Below are positions 29,620-45,460 of a DNA stretch of 64,000 nucleotides, one piece after another (positions within the stretch are counted from its first letter, which is position 1; every line of letters starts with the position of its first letter). The position numbers were made by a program, and so were the translations under genes. Location of the stretch: assembly GCF_009914755.1 (NCBI RefSeq), contig NC_060932.1, one strand, 5' to 3'. This stretch comes from the human T2T-CHM13v2.0 reference genome, Homo sapiens. The notes under the pieces are model-generated. The model did no database searches and was not told the DNA's origin. It saw only the letters and a program-made list of their open reading frames with translations.

Positions 29620-31070
29620 GCCACAATGGGATATTATCACATACCAACCTGACTGGCAAAAAGTCAATAGTCTGACAGTGTTTGTACTGCCAAAGGTAAA
29701 TAGGAATTCTCACACACTGGTGATAGAGGCACAAAAGGGTAAAACTTTGGAAAACATTAGCTAGTAAAGTGAAATTGTCTATGTACCCTTCAACCCAACA
29801 ATTCTCTTTCTAGGTATGTATTCTAGAGAAAATCTTACACAGGTTCACCAGGAATCCATGCAGAATGACCTTTATAGCAGAACTGTTTCTAATGGCAGAA
29901 ATACTGACAACACCCCAAATATCTACTCAGAGCTGACTGGACAGAAATAAGTTTACAGGTTCATAGAGTAAGATACCCTCTACTAGAGAAAGTGAATGTA
30001 CTAGAGCTGTGTGATCGTTCTGGATGCATTTCCAAAATAGCTGGACAAGGAAGGTCACTGATTATAAGATTCCACTTAGATAAATTCAAAACAGGCAAAA
30101 CCAAATAAATAGTGAGAGATAAATGCAACATACTAAAGAATAAAGGAAAGCAAGGGAATGAGTAACACAAACTTTTGGACAGTGCAGGGCAAGGAGACAC
30201 TTCAAAGAGACTGTTGATGTTCTCAAGCTGGTGGTTGGTATACCATTTTATTCTTTTCATTGTCATTTATGTTAGATATACTCTTGTTTGTCTGACATAT
30301 TTCAAAACATGAAAGAGCTCTTTAATATCTTTCAATACATTATATAATATTCTAAACTAATTTCTTGCACAGCTCTTTTTAGTTGTGTTCCTATGTATCC
30401 TTTTTGTGGTTGCTATTTTAAGTGTTAGCTTTTAAAAATTGTGTTTATTGCTGACAAATTAAAATGCAACTGACTTTCGTATATTGTTCTTTCATCTGAG
30501 AACATTGTTAAACACTCTTATACTAATCATTTATTCATAGATTTGGGGTTTTCTATGTAGATAATCATGCCATCTGCAAATAAAGACAATGGGTTTCTTT
30601 TCTTCTCCATGGCTTTATTTCTGCCTTCTTGTCTTATGACAATAAATAAAAGTTTCAGAATAATGTCTATTAGAAGTAGTGATGGTGGCTATCCTCAGCT
30701 TGTTCCTCATTTTAAAATCTTATCACTGAGTATGATATTGCTGTAGGTTTCTGTAGATGTCATTCATCAGGTTTTGAAAGTTCTTTTCCATTTCTAATTT
30801 GCTGTAAGTTTGTATACTGAATGATTGTTGAATGTGACCAGTGATTTTTCTGAAGCTTATAAGATGATCATAAAACTTTGCTTTCTTTATTTCTTAATGT
30901 GGTAAATTGCATTCATATATTAGTCGGATTTGGTAACATATTTCTCTAGGAATTTGTATATTACACCTATTTTCATATTTAGTGGTATAAAAAGTTGGTC
31001 ATGACATTCTTATCTTTCTAATCCCCACAGCATCTGTAGTAATATACAGTATCAGATATACTGTTATCTA
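29620..31070. mobile_element. Old L1ME fragments (+ ~29620-30310; - ~30320-31070)
   Basis: Sense 3' UTR motifs (aaattcaaaacaggcaaaaccaaa), then antisense ORF2 motifs (ataatcatgccatctgcaaataaagaca). Confidence 0.6.
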
Positions 31071-31149
31071 TAGCATCTAAATTTGTAACATTTTTATGCC
31101 TAATAAGTGAGATATATACACATATACACACACACGCACACACACACAC

Positions 31150-32489
31150 AAAGTCATGCATCACTCAATGGTGGGGATACAGTCTCCGAAATGCATCATT
31201 TAGTGATTTTGTGGTTATTGTGCAAACATCATAGAATGCACTTACACAAACCCAAATGGCAAAGCCACACTACACACCTAGGCCTATAGCCTATAGCTGT
31301 AGTATAACCTATTGCTCCTATGCCACAAACCTGCACAGCATGTTACTGTACTGAATACAGTAGGCCATTGTAACCCAGGGGCATTTTTGTGTCCAAACAT
31401 ATCTAAATGTAGAAAAGGTAAAGGCAAGGCATGGTGTCCCATGCCTGTAATTCCACCGCTTTTGGAGGCCGAGGCTAGAGGATTGCTTGAGGCTAGGATT
31501 TCGAGACCAGCTTGGCCAACATATTGAGATCCCTAAAAAAAAAAAAAAAAGAAAGAAAGAAACAAAAAAAAGAGAAGGTTCAGTAAAAATACAATATACA
31601 AGATAAAAATGGTACATCTGTATAGGGCACTTATCAAGAATCGAGCTTCCAAGACTGAACGCTACTCTAGGTAAGTCAGTGTGTGAACGGTGAGTGAATG
31701 TGAAGGTCTAGGACAGTACTGTACACTACTGTACATTATAAACACTGTACACTTAGGCTACACTGAATTTGTAAAAACAATTTTATTTCTTCAATAATAA
31801 ATTAACTTTAGCTGACTACAACTTTTTTATATTATGTTTGTTGATTTTTTTTAACTTTTTGACTGTTGTAATAACTCTTAGCTTAAAGCACAAACACATT
31901 GTACAGTTGTACAAAAATATTTTCTTTTTTAATATCCTTATTCTATAGGCTTTTTTTGCTTAAAAAACTAAGTCACAAACACTTACATTATCATAGGCCA
32001 ACACAGGGTCAGGATCATCAATATCACTGTCTTCCACCACCACATCCTGTCCCACTGGAAAGTCTTCAGGGGCAATAACAGGCATGGAGCTGTCATCTCT
32101 GTGATAGCAATGCCTTCCTCTGGATACTGCCTGGAGGACCTGCCTGAGGCTGTTTCACAGTTAACTTTTTTCATACAAGTACAAGGATCACGCTCTAAAA
32201 TAGTGATAAAAAGTATAGTATGGTAAATATATAAACCAGTAACACATTTATTTATTTTCATTATCAAGTATTATGTACTGTCTGTAACAGTGCACTGTAC
32301 TTTTATGTAGGTACGTTTGTTTACACCAGCATCACCACAAACACATGAGTAGTGCGTTGCACTAGATGTTACAGTGGCTATGACCTCATTAGGTGATAGA
32401 AATTTTTCACCTCCATTATAATCTGATGGGACCACCTCCACATATGCGTTCCATCGTTGACCAAAACGTCATTATGCGGAGCATCACTG
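31150..32489. mobile_element. Tigger3b (MER7B/GOLEM) DNA transposon, interrupted by FLAM
   Basis: Termini agtcatgcatcactcaatggtggggatac... and ...gaccaaaacgtcattatgcggagcatcactg(ta). Confidence 0.85.
31423..31570 (+). mobile_element. FLAM monomeric Alu
   Basis: Single left arm plus poly(A); TSD agaaaaggt/agagaaggt. Confidence 0.85.
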
Positions 32490-33067
32490 TAGATATATAT
32501 AACATAGCTAAAATTAGTCTCTAAGAAAAATTTTAAATTAATAGGATGCATCTTTCAGATCTGTCTTGTGTTCCTCACTAAGACACAGAATCTAAGATTC
32601 TATAAAATCATCATCAACTTGATTGCCTAGGAAATTGTGGCTATGGATATAGTACCAGTAGGTAACATTTAAAACATATCTGGGAGTATCATTAGAAATA
32701 ATCAGCAATAACTGTTTAATCTCCATCCTTCACTTACAAGCAATGTCTTTTCAAGACTGCGTTAAGTACCTCTCAAGGTTTAAGGTTAAGATTTTTATAT
32801 TAGTTTTTTTGGCAAGCCAGGAAAAACAAGCATGTCACTTTTGATCATGATTTTACATAACAATTTAACACTAATGAGATTCGCACTTGCCTGTCTGTCG
32901 GTTGCACACATCACTGCACTCCCATCAGTTGTATTCAAAATTCCTTCCCAAATGCATCACAAGGAAGAATGGCATACGATTTATGATTCCTAAACCTAGA
33001 TTTGTACCATGAGGCCATTAGAATCTGAGAAGGAAGGAAACTAATTTTCTTGGGAGGTGGGGGGTTG

Positions 33068-33197
33068 CTCTTTTTTCAGGTGAGAGAATTAGATCCAGAG
33101 CAGTGGAGGGATTTATGCAAATGACGCAGCGAGTGAGCGGCCGGCTGTAGAGTCATTTTACAGCCCGGACTCCCGGTCCCGGGCTTTTTCGAGCCAC
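33068..33197 (-). mobile_element. MIR/MIR3 fragment, unusually CpG-rich
   Basis: ttttcaggtgagagaattagatccagag...gatttatgcaaatgacgcagcgagtgagcggc...ccggactcccggtcccgggctttttc follows the MIR core layout. Confidence 0.55.
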
Positions 33198-34344
33198 AGA
33201 GGTGATGGAGGATGTAGCTGTGCCCTGACGGGAAGGCCACGGACAGGCTGATGCTTGAGGATAACCTTCATTCCTCCTGGCAGGGCACATGTCAGACATC
33301 ATTATCCATTCGGTTGAAATCAAAATGGAGTGTCCTGAAAGGGACCATTATTCACTGAGCTTTGCCCTAGCTAAGTACCACCAGCCTTAGATTGACTAGA
33401 AGGCTTTTATTAAAGCATAAATAAAAAGTGGACAGATGGCACTGAAGTTTCCCTGAGAGGTTAAAAAAGACCATATTCTTTAGAAGAGCTAGGACTTCCC
33501 TTGGAGCAAAGCAATAGGTTACTAGGCTCTAGAGAGAATAGATAAAATGGTCTGATGTTCATTTTTCATTCTCAGTAAAATATTGATGGAGTACCATTGT
33601 CAAAATCTATTTGTCAAACTGCATACAGTGCCTTAAATTACAACCATTTATGTTTCTGTACACAACATCACCTTTCAAAATGTTCCAAAATAATAGGCAT
33701 TGGGAAAAAAGAATATGGAATTCCGGTTTATATGTTTGATAATGAAACCATCAACCTTACATTTAAAGAAACTTTGTGTATGTTATACTATCTAGCAAAA
33801 GCCAATGAAACTTCTGACTATATCTACATATATAATTAATTTCAGAAAGACCATTTTTGTCTACAGTTTTACAAACCATTATTACGTATTTTGAACATTT
33901 TCTTTCCAGCATTCATAAGCATGCAGTTTGCCAATTTAAACCCCACAGCTATAGGAGGATAACCCAAACATAGCCTGCATTAATTTACTACATAATTAAA
34001 GAATATTCATTTGGGATAATAGTAGATAAAAATATTTTTATTAGGTGATGATATTGTTTTACAGCCGGAGTGGGGAAACACGGGAGAAAATATTTGTCCT
34101 GATTTTCATGTACAATGTTCCTTTCAGAGCTAACCTTTAGTTTAAAATGTTCTTAATTGCTTTACAGAGGACATAGAAAAGGCAGCCAGACATAACTTTC
34201 AGTAAGTAATTAAGGGTTCCATTCTCTTTTAATTTCTTGTACTTTACCAATTACATTAGGACAAAGCACATGAAAACAGAAGACTATCCATTCACGTTTA
34301 ATAAAGCATTTGAATTAGATTTGCAAGTTTTAATTGTATTCATT

Positions 34345-35815
34345 TTTAATTTTTTTTTATTTTAGTACAGTTGTAAATTTACAGAAAAATTGCAGAGATA
34401 TCACAGAGTTCCCATACACCCCACCCCGTTTTCTCTATTATTAGTACAGTAGTATGGTACATTTTTGATACATTACTGTCAATTAAAATTCAGACTTTAC
34501 TCAGACTTCCTTAGCTTTTGCCTAATGTCCTCTTTCACTTCCAGGATCCCCTCCAGGACACCAAATTGCATTTAGTTGTCATGTCTCCTTAGGCTCCTCT
34601 TGGCTGTGACAGTTTCTCAGACTTCTCTTAGTTTTGATGACCTTGAAGTTTTGAGGAGTACCAGTCAGGCATTTTGTAGACTGTTCCTCAGTTGCGATTC
34701 ATCTGATGTTTGTTTGTTTGCTTGTTTTTTTAATTAGACTGGGATTATGTATTTTGGGGAGGAGGATCACAGAGATTAAAGTGCCATTTTTATAATACTA
34801 TATCGCGGGTACATACCTGTCAACATGGTTCATCACTGGTGATGTTGACTTTGAATACATGAATAAGATAGGTTTGTCAGGTTTCTCACTGTAAAGTTAC
34901 CCTAGCTTTCTCCCCTTTCCATAACGTGCCCTTTAGAAGGAAGTCACTATGTGCAGCCCACATTGTAGGAATAGAGAGTCATGCTCTACCTTCTTGAGTG
35001 CAAGGTATATACGGTAATTCTTTTGAATTCTTCTGTAAAGGAGATTAATTTATTCCCCTCATCCATTTGTTTTATTTATCAATATGGACTCATGGACATT
35101 TATTTTCTACTTTGGGTTACAATCCAATATTACTTTACTTATTTTTTTTGTACAAAGACTTCCAGCTTTGACCAGTGGAAGCTCTTCCAATTGGCTTTTT
35201 GTCCTTTTGACATATTCCCATCATTGTGTGTGTGTAAAGGGTGGTTTTTCTTTTGTTTTATTTTAGCAATTTCTTACTTTATGGCACTACAAGATGCTGC
35301 AGAATTATCTTGCTTATTTCCTGCCCGAATCCTTGAGCCTGCCATTGTCCTTTCACTTGTGAATGGTATTAGAAACAAAGATCCGAGCTCTAAGTGTGCT
35401 TCTTGCTTCTGGGGTATTCACTGCTTCTCAGCTGACAGGGCAAGGAAATATATTTGTGCATAGTAATCTGTGCATATACACATATCTGTAGGCATTTCTA
35501 TATGTAACCATCTGTATCTATATTGAGCTAAATATGAGTTCATACTGATGTCCCCAACTCTTATCCATTATACCACAGATCATTGTGGCCTCCTCCACCT
35601 ATATCTTCCACTCCAACAGTGAAAAAGAAGTTGGCACCCACCATCTGTCACCTGTTTACTTAACTGTCCAATTCCAGTACACACGTGTAGTAATCAGAAT
35701 TATTAATCTGTTACCCAATGGGAAACACCGTTATCAACTAGATTACAAGGCTTACATATTGTTTCTTCTGCCTTGAGTCTTACAGGCTCCACTTATTTCT
35801 AAAGTTACTTAAGTT
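34345..35815 (-). mobile_element. L1MC/L1MD 3' UTR fragment
   Basis: tttacagaaaaattgcagagatatcacagagttcccatacaccc...ttccaggatccc...gttgtcatgtctccttaggctcctcttggctgtgacagtttctcagac. Confidence 0.8.
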
Positions 35816-35833
35816 AGTACTCTCTTCCTGTCA

Positions 35834-35834
<1 letters not shown>

Positions 35835-35872
<38 letters not shown>
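35835..35872. repeat. (CA)n microsatellite
   Basis: Uninterrupted CA run of about 19 units. Confidence 0.95.
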
Positions 35873-35874
<2 letters not shown>

Positions 35875-37745
35875 ATTGGCTTTATCTTCAAAAGAGAAAG
35901 GAAGCAGGAAATAATCAGCTGGCAAACTTTGCCACTTTGTTGTTTCTACTTACAAATTAGAAAATGAAACAGGAATCAAAAACTCATCATGCAGATTACA
36001 ATTGTAATATTTTATGCCAAAAATTCTTTTTAGAACAATAATTGGACAGGGTAGACTCTGGAAGAGAGCAATTTTCTTATACTTCCAAGAGAAATTTAGA
36101 ACACAACAGTTCAGGACATTGATTTTATTTAACTCCCCACCTGTCACTGCATCCAACAGGTCAGCTACACAAACAAAACCAGGGCATAAGACAAGAGATA
36201 AGACAAGGTCCTTATGGTGGAAACGTAAGACTCTTACGGACTCCCAGGATACAGAGGACATCTGTGTAGTTTATCATTTGCATTAAATATAGTTTTATAT
36301 TCAAATAGATACTTTCAAGGACAAGCTTTTGGTTATTAGTAATAGATGGTAAAATAATAGCTTAATGCTCCTTTAAGTAATAGATTGTAAAAACTTTAAG
36401 GAAATATTTTCTTTATAAATTCAACTCTGAAACTAATTAAAAATTTGAGCACTACTACTGATTGACAAATGAAGGCTCTTATTACTGAAAAATAAAGACA
36501 GATTATGACGGGTTAATCCTTACCATCTCTGCAATTACTGAGCACCTGCCTCAGGCTCTGCAGGATTTCCTTAAATAGTGCTTTCTCCAATTAATTTCCC
36601 TTTCTTCTTAGCTGTATGACACCTAATGACCTGAAAGTCTATTTTGAGCAAAGATGAATAAATTAGTCATCTATCTAGCTGAATATATTTATCCTGATTA
36701 TGAAGGAGTGAATATATTAAATATATTAATTTATGTAATGTATATATTGTCATAGCTCAAGATAGAACACTGAACAATAAATACAACAACAAATCTAATT
36801 TCTAGAAGATACCATGCTTTCCTCACTGAAGGTTATATAATCAAGATATAACTTTGTGTTCGTCTTGGAATATTCTAATTGGAATATTAGTGAGCTTTTA
36901 AAGCCAACTTCTGGAAATGCTAGAATTGACTCTCAAAAAATTTCTTCTACCTTCTTGTCTTTTCTTCAAATTTCATCTACTTCTCTTTTTATGTACACAG
37001 GGGCAAAAGAAAATGAACTACTTTTCTACACCCAACACCAAACAATTGGCTGCACATTTTCACTGAATTGATTGATTTCTGTTGAAATGACAGATTCATA
37101 GATGCAGTGGCATATACAACCTCTTGAAAGTGGTCAGTTTAGCCCCTGTCTCCAGTTACTTCACCAGATAGTAAATATGTCTATAAATGTGCCCATGCAC
37201 TGAACTCTAGCTGATGGCTAGATGCTGCTTAGATTCCTGGGTTGAAGAGGACTTTGAAAATGCCCATAAGAAGAGGAGGGTCGTGTAATTGACCAGCAAT
37301 GCCTGTCACCTGAGAGAAAATGAGGAAAAGCGGCAAAAGTACTCTGCATTTACCCTTACCAGTTTACAATACTGACTGTTCGTGATGGAATTAACCCATG
37401 TTTTAGAATCAAATTAATAAAGTTAAGTATTACTTTTTCTAACAATTATAATTTTTTGTTTTACACAAAATTGGTTCCATTTTTGTCCTCTGGCCATGTC
37501 AATTTTTCTTACTCCCGATAACCCAGGACCATAAAATACATCACTTAAAGTGACAGAAGATATAATCTGTTTAATTTTTCCTGAAATCCACATTACTAGA
37601 TTATAGACTCCATGGGGGCAGGAATAACACCCCATTCATTTCTTAAGTTCCTGCAATGCCATAACTCAGAATTTAAAATGATGACATGATTGTGTAATAC
37701 ACAATCTGTTCCACTTATGTGGACACATGGCTTCACATCACACTT

Positions 37746-37747
<2 letters not shown>

Positions 37748-37780
<33 letters not shown>

Positions 37781-38073
37781 AGACGGAGTCTTGCTCTGGC
37801 TCTGTTGCCCAGGCTGGAGTGCAGTGGCGCGATCTTGGCTCACTGCAACCTACGCCTCCCAGGTGCAAGCAATTCTCTGCCTCAGCCTCCTGAGTAGCTG
37901 GGATTACAGGCTCCCGCCACCATGCCTGGCTAATTTTTTTGTATTTTTTTTTTATAGTAGAGATGAGATTTCACCATCTTGGCCAGCCTGGTCTTGAACT
38001 CTTGACCTTGTGATCTGCCCACCTCAGCCTCCGAAAGTGCTGGGATTACAGACATGAGCCACCGCACCCGGCC
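37748..38073 (-). mobile_element. AluS (Sg-like)
   Basis: Antisense dimeric Alu with long poly(T). Confidence 0.95.
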
Positions 38074-38079
38074 ACCCAT

Positions 38080-38586
38080 CCCGCTTTCAAGGAATTCCAA
38101 AGTCCTTACTATGATCTCCCAGTCCCTACATGACATGACTCCTGGCTACTTCTCTTTACCTTTTCCCACTTTCCCTCTACCTCTCTTCAACCCTGAACTC
38201 CATGCAGGGCATTTTAGAGCTAAGCTCATAGACCCAATTCTGCCCAAGGGTCTATGAATTCACTGATTCTTTCGCCTGCAGCTCCCTGACCCTAGGAATT
38301 TGCAGGGTCCACTTTCTCACTCACTACATCCGGGTCTCTGTTCAAATGTCATCTCCTCAAGGAGGAATATCCTATAACAGTGACCCATCCTCCTCCTTCT
38401 CCTGCTTTATTTTCCTCTAGCAGTTATCACTACTTCATACATTATTACATTCTCATGTATATTTTATCTCTCTACCACTAGAATAGGGCTGGAAGTGTAT
38501 CTTTTCTTGTTCACTGCTAGAGTCCTACCATCTAGAACACTAGATGACATGTGGTAGAAGCTCAATAAATGGACTAATTGATTAAT
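38080..38586 (+). mobile_element. L2 3' end
   Basis: ttcaaatgtcatctcctca...ttgttcactgct...gtagaagctcaataaat. Confidence 0.75.
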
Positions 38587-39354
38587 CAAACACTATTAGA
38601 AATAGCTTCTCCTAAAGCTCAAACTCCAAATCAGAATCTCTGCCTAGATGCCAAAAGCCTTAGTATTTGGGAAAGAGTTAAACTCACCATTAGAAATCAT
38701 AGGTATCTGCACATCTCAAAGTCTAGGGCCTCACACCCAGACTGCCCAAAAAGAAACTATGCCTCCCCAATTCCAAAGCCCAGGACAAGGACTCTATTGT
38801 GCTCCAGATGTCTCAAGATGGGAATATACATTTTCTCCAGGATATTATCAAAACTCATGGACAGAACAAGGCAATCAAAATGACCTGACAGCACATTTCC
38901 TCAAAATCTAGCTTAGTCAGTTTAAAACGACATTTATTTTTAGATGACCAAAAATCTAACCCATGCCTACCATGATTCCTTTTCACGATATTCTTACTGC
39001 AATGAAAATGAACTGAAAAAGCAGACCCAGGGCTCCCTACTGAAGTCTGGTTCAAATTCCAAAGCAAATACTTGAGCAGACATAGCTCCCAAGGAAAAAC
39101 CTGAATGTTCAGACATAAAGTATCTGAAATTGTTTAACAAAAAAGCAGCAACCCTTTTTTTTCTAAAGACACGATAAGTGACCTCTCTAATTAAAAGTCT
39201 GAATGATTGGGTTCCTTCTGGGCACTCAGGTCTGGGTTCTTTAACAATTATCAGGCACTGTTTTGTGCTTGCTCTAAGGATGCAGTAAGCAAGAGAGACA
39301 CGGCTCCAGCCTTCACTCTACTGAGTCTGTGGGGGAAACTTACGCGGTTTACAC

Positions 39355-39538
39355 CAGAGGTTCTGAAAGTGTGGTCTTGGAATTAGCAGCATCAGCATCA
39401 TTTGGGAACTTGTTAGAAATGCAAATTCTTAGGTTCCACCTCAAGATTATTAAATCCCAAACTCTGGGGACAAGCCCACTGTTCTCTTTAAACAAACCTG
39501 CCAGGAAATTAGGATGCACTCAAATTTGATAATTACTG
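39355..39538. mobile_element. MER5A hAT-Charlie
   Basis: agcagcatcagcatcatttgggaacttgttagaaatgcaaattctt; TSD gtttacac/gtttagaa. Confidence 0.85.
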
Positions 39539-40789
39539 GTTTAGAAAAATTACCTGAGACTTCCTAGGAAGATTTTGCAGGTAGTCTAATGTCAGGCTAG
39601 TAGAGTATTCTAGGTTGTTATGTAGGATGAGACAGTCCTAGTTTGAGAACTGAAGTCCTGAACCCCAGGAAACTGCACAGCATCAAGCTAATTGGGACAG
39701 CTGTTCACGTTGTCAGAGGCATTTTCTTCTAAGTGAGGCCCTCACACTGTGTCCCTCATAATAGTTAAGCAGGTGATGATTAGCCGTCTCAAGACATGCC
39801 ACATTATTCTACCCATTGCACTGCATAGTTTAATTGATGAGGGTCTCTCCACCTTCTCCCCATCCTGAAGCTTTCTCCATCCAGCTAAGGTGAGAATACC
39901 TCACCTGCACAACCTTTTGTCCTGTTTGCCCAGGGCTCTAGTTAACTATCTTCCCAGTTTCTCTCCTGCTCTCTGGTTACCTGGATGCCCTTACTAGCTG
40001 CCTCCCGAGTTATGGACAAGTCCTTAGAGATTCTATTAAAAGTTCCTGTGGTTGAGGCTACATGACTTTTGAGACCTTGGACACTTTTGCCTTTATGGAC
40101 ACCTTCCTTCTTCAAAATATCAACAATTAAATTTTATGATTGCATTGGTAAAAAGACAATATTCCAGACTGGATTATATTCTTTCTTTTCTTACAATTAA
40201 AAACAAAACATATCTACAGGCCCCTAAAGTATATTGGTTGCCTGCCCCTGCACCTGCTGTGCCTGATGGATACTCTTGCCCTGCTTGTGGCTACAGACTG
40301 TCTCATTGTGATGTGGATCTACATTCATCCTCTGGCCTCTGTTCTGAGCCAATTTGGTCTGGTGTTTATTTTCATCCTGTTGACTTATTTTTACACTGAC
40401 CCATCTCTTTAGACTGAAAATTTCACTGACTTGTCTCCTTCAATTTAGCTTCCAGCTTTACTCCCAGCTGCTGCCTTTAGAATTTCCCTGAGCTCCTTCT
40501 TGTGAGCTCACACACCATCCCAGCCCACCCTGCCCTCATCCCAGCTCTCTGACACCAAGTACCATGTCCTTGGCCCCTGGTCATCTAGGACCTGGGACAG
40601 CTGCCTGCTTGGCCAATCCTCTGCTCAGCCATCAGTCATCAGATGCCGACTCAGGTACAACTGCTACATGATCTAGGTTGAGTGTTTTCCATTTAAATCT
40701 TTTTTGCAGCAAAATCCTGCTTTCACATACACACACACACACACACACAATATGGAATCCTATATATATAAAACATGTTAAAAAGTTGT

Positions 40790-41363
<574 letters not shown>

Positions 41364-43639
41364 TTACTGAGTCAAACATCTCAGGAGCAGAATGTTGAAT
41401 GCCACCCTCTCCTCAAGATGGCATAGTAGAGCATGTGTGCATGTAATTATTTTCACTAAACACTATATATGTTCTAAATTTGTTTGCACTTGAAATAGGA
41501 ATGCTTTACTTTTAATAAGGTCTCAGGACACAATTGATACAGCACACTTACATTAAGTTTAAATATTCATGAAAGTATTATGCTATCTGCTACTTTTTAA
41601 ACTGAAAATAAATCATTAATGATCCATTTCCATCTTTTGAGAGTACATCAAACAGGGAGTTTGCAAAGTCAGAATGTGTATGTTTAATTGAGAGCTCAAG
41701 AAACCATTGTGATGGTGAATATCCAGTAGTAGAAAACGTACAGGTCTAAATGGACTAAAATTATAATGTTTCCAGAAGTTAAAACCTGTGTAAATAAGAT
41801 CAGACAGAGTCTACAGGATGAAGAGAATGTAAGGAAAGTAACATCTTTTCTTCCTTTGCAAGTTTCTAATTGATGTAGCTTCACATGCCTATCTTCCAGA
41901 CCTTCCAGCTAATTTTAAAATAACACTTAGTTTTAACCTCCAATTTCAGATGGAAATAATAAAGAAAGTGCTAAGTTCAAAGATCTCCATCCTCCAAATT
42001 TTCCCAGCGCTCATCTCCCACTCATGATATAGAAATAAGCAAACCTTTGAATTTTATATTGCTTATGCTTCGTCCTTTACTAATACAAGAAATGGTTTTC
42101 AAATCTTCTGCTTGGACAATCAACTAACAGGGAAGCCCCTTAAAATCTACATATGCCCAGCTCATCAGATTCTGTCACCTCCACTACTCTCCTTGGCTAT
42201 ATCTGGTGCTTATGCTCAAGAGATTTCTTGTGCTAATATTGCCAGCTGAGGGTGAGCTGGAGTGTTCTGCAAGCGCGTTAGTACTCTCTCACCACGTAGG
42301 CAGAGTCTAACATAGAAACAGGTTGTGCAATTAACCGGTTAGTGTGTTAAGGCAGTAATTTGGAGCTGGAGTATACTTCCACATGGAAATAGCCTTGCGC
42401 TTGGTGTGTTCCAAGGCAAGGCCACAAAGCCTAGCTAACTCACGATGAGCCAGAAGTAACATACTAAATAAAGCATAGTTTCATTGAAAATTAACCCCAT
42501 TTTCAGTTTTGTGTATGTAGAAAAATGCACTCAACTCCCAGTGGGGCCCTCAGTAATGTATGTTTCCTGAGGAAGTGACAGTGGGGAACCAAGGTTCCAT
42601 ATGGGATGCAAAACAACAACTTCAGGGAATATAACTTACAAATCTATTTTCCACTTCATAAAGAAAGGCAGCTAAGTCACTCGTACTCTAAACGGCTTAA
42701 TTAGAAAACCAAGGGCAGTTATTGTTGACGGAAAGACAGATCAATGTTGAGGCTCACCTGCCACACTTTGTATTTGGGGTTCTTTGTAGGGCAAGTGATT
42801 GCATGTTATAGACAGGTCAAGGTCAGTCATTAATGAAGCAGGTTCCATGAGTAGGCTCCGGAAGTCCTCATCAAGGCAAAAGTAGTATGTGATGAGGGGC
42901 TCTGAATAACCCACCTTCTCTAAAGGGCCTTTGCCTCAGCTTGCTTCCACCTCTGACATAAGACACCCACCTTAGAGGACCTCAGGGCTGGTGACCTACC
43001 CATCAACAGGCATGCAATGGCAACTTCCACATTGAAAATAAAAGGGTAAGACTTTAATGCCCTCTTCTCTCTTAAAACACCAGAAGACTTCAAAGAGGAG
43101 GAGAAACAAAATCGTGAATGTGACATTAATGAAATAAGTAAATATCTGTCACAAAGACACAAGTGCATATGAAGATGGCTGCCAAGTACAGTAAAACTTG
43201 AGCACCAAGTCAGATACTGAATGAAGAGGTGCCCAGCACATCTGAAGCCAACCTGGCAAAGCACCAGCACCTCCAGAGTAGGTGGAACCTGAGAGATAAA
43301 CACAGGATCCCTGCTATGCAACTGCAACAGTGCGGGGTTCCTGCTGTACAATCTCCTATAAGGTCCTTTGGCGCCGACTGTGAGGGAGGCAGGGCTGAAG
43401 AAGGACTAAACAAACCCTGCATTGCTACAGCCATGCCATCGGGTAGCCCTACAGCTGCCGCTCTGGGTCACACCAGGAGAAGGAAAATGAAGGCCATATG
43501 ATTCCTAGGCTTCTCTGCATGCCCATCTAGGAAGAACCTCATTAAAGATAACAACAACATAGCTGTCTGGCCTCAGACTTCTGCACAGAAGGTAAGAGGG
43601 TTGGAAGACAGTGGCCTTCTACTTGATCAGGGAAGAAGG

Positions 43640-45460
<1,821 letters not shown>

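Noticed and set aside
34981-35463. Longest ORF (160 aa)
   Set aside because: Lies antisense within an L1MC/MD 3' UTR; T-rich chance ORF with no recognisable domain
42920-43501. Overlapping 143-aa (-) and 90-aa (+) ORFs
   Set aside because: No true ATG start, no recognisable domain and no coding-like features
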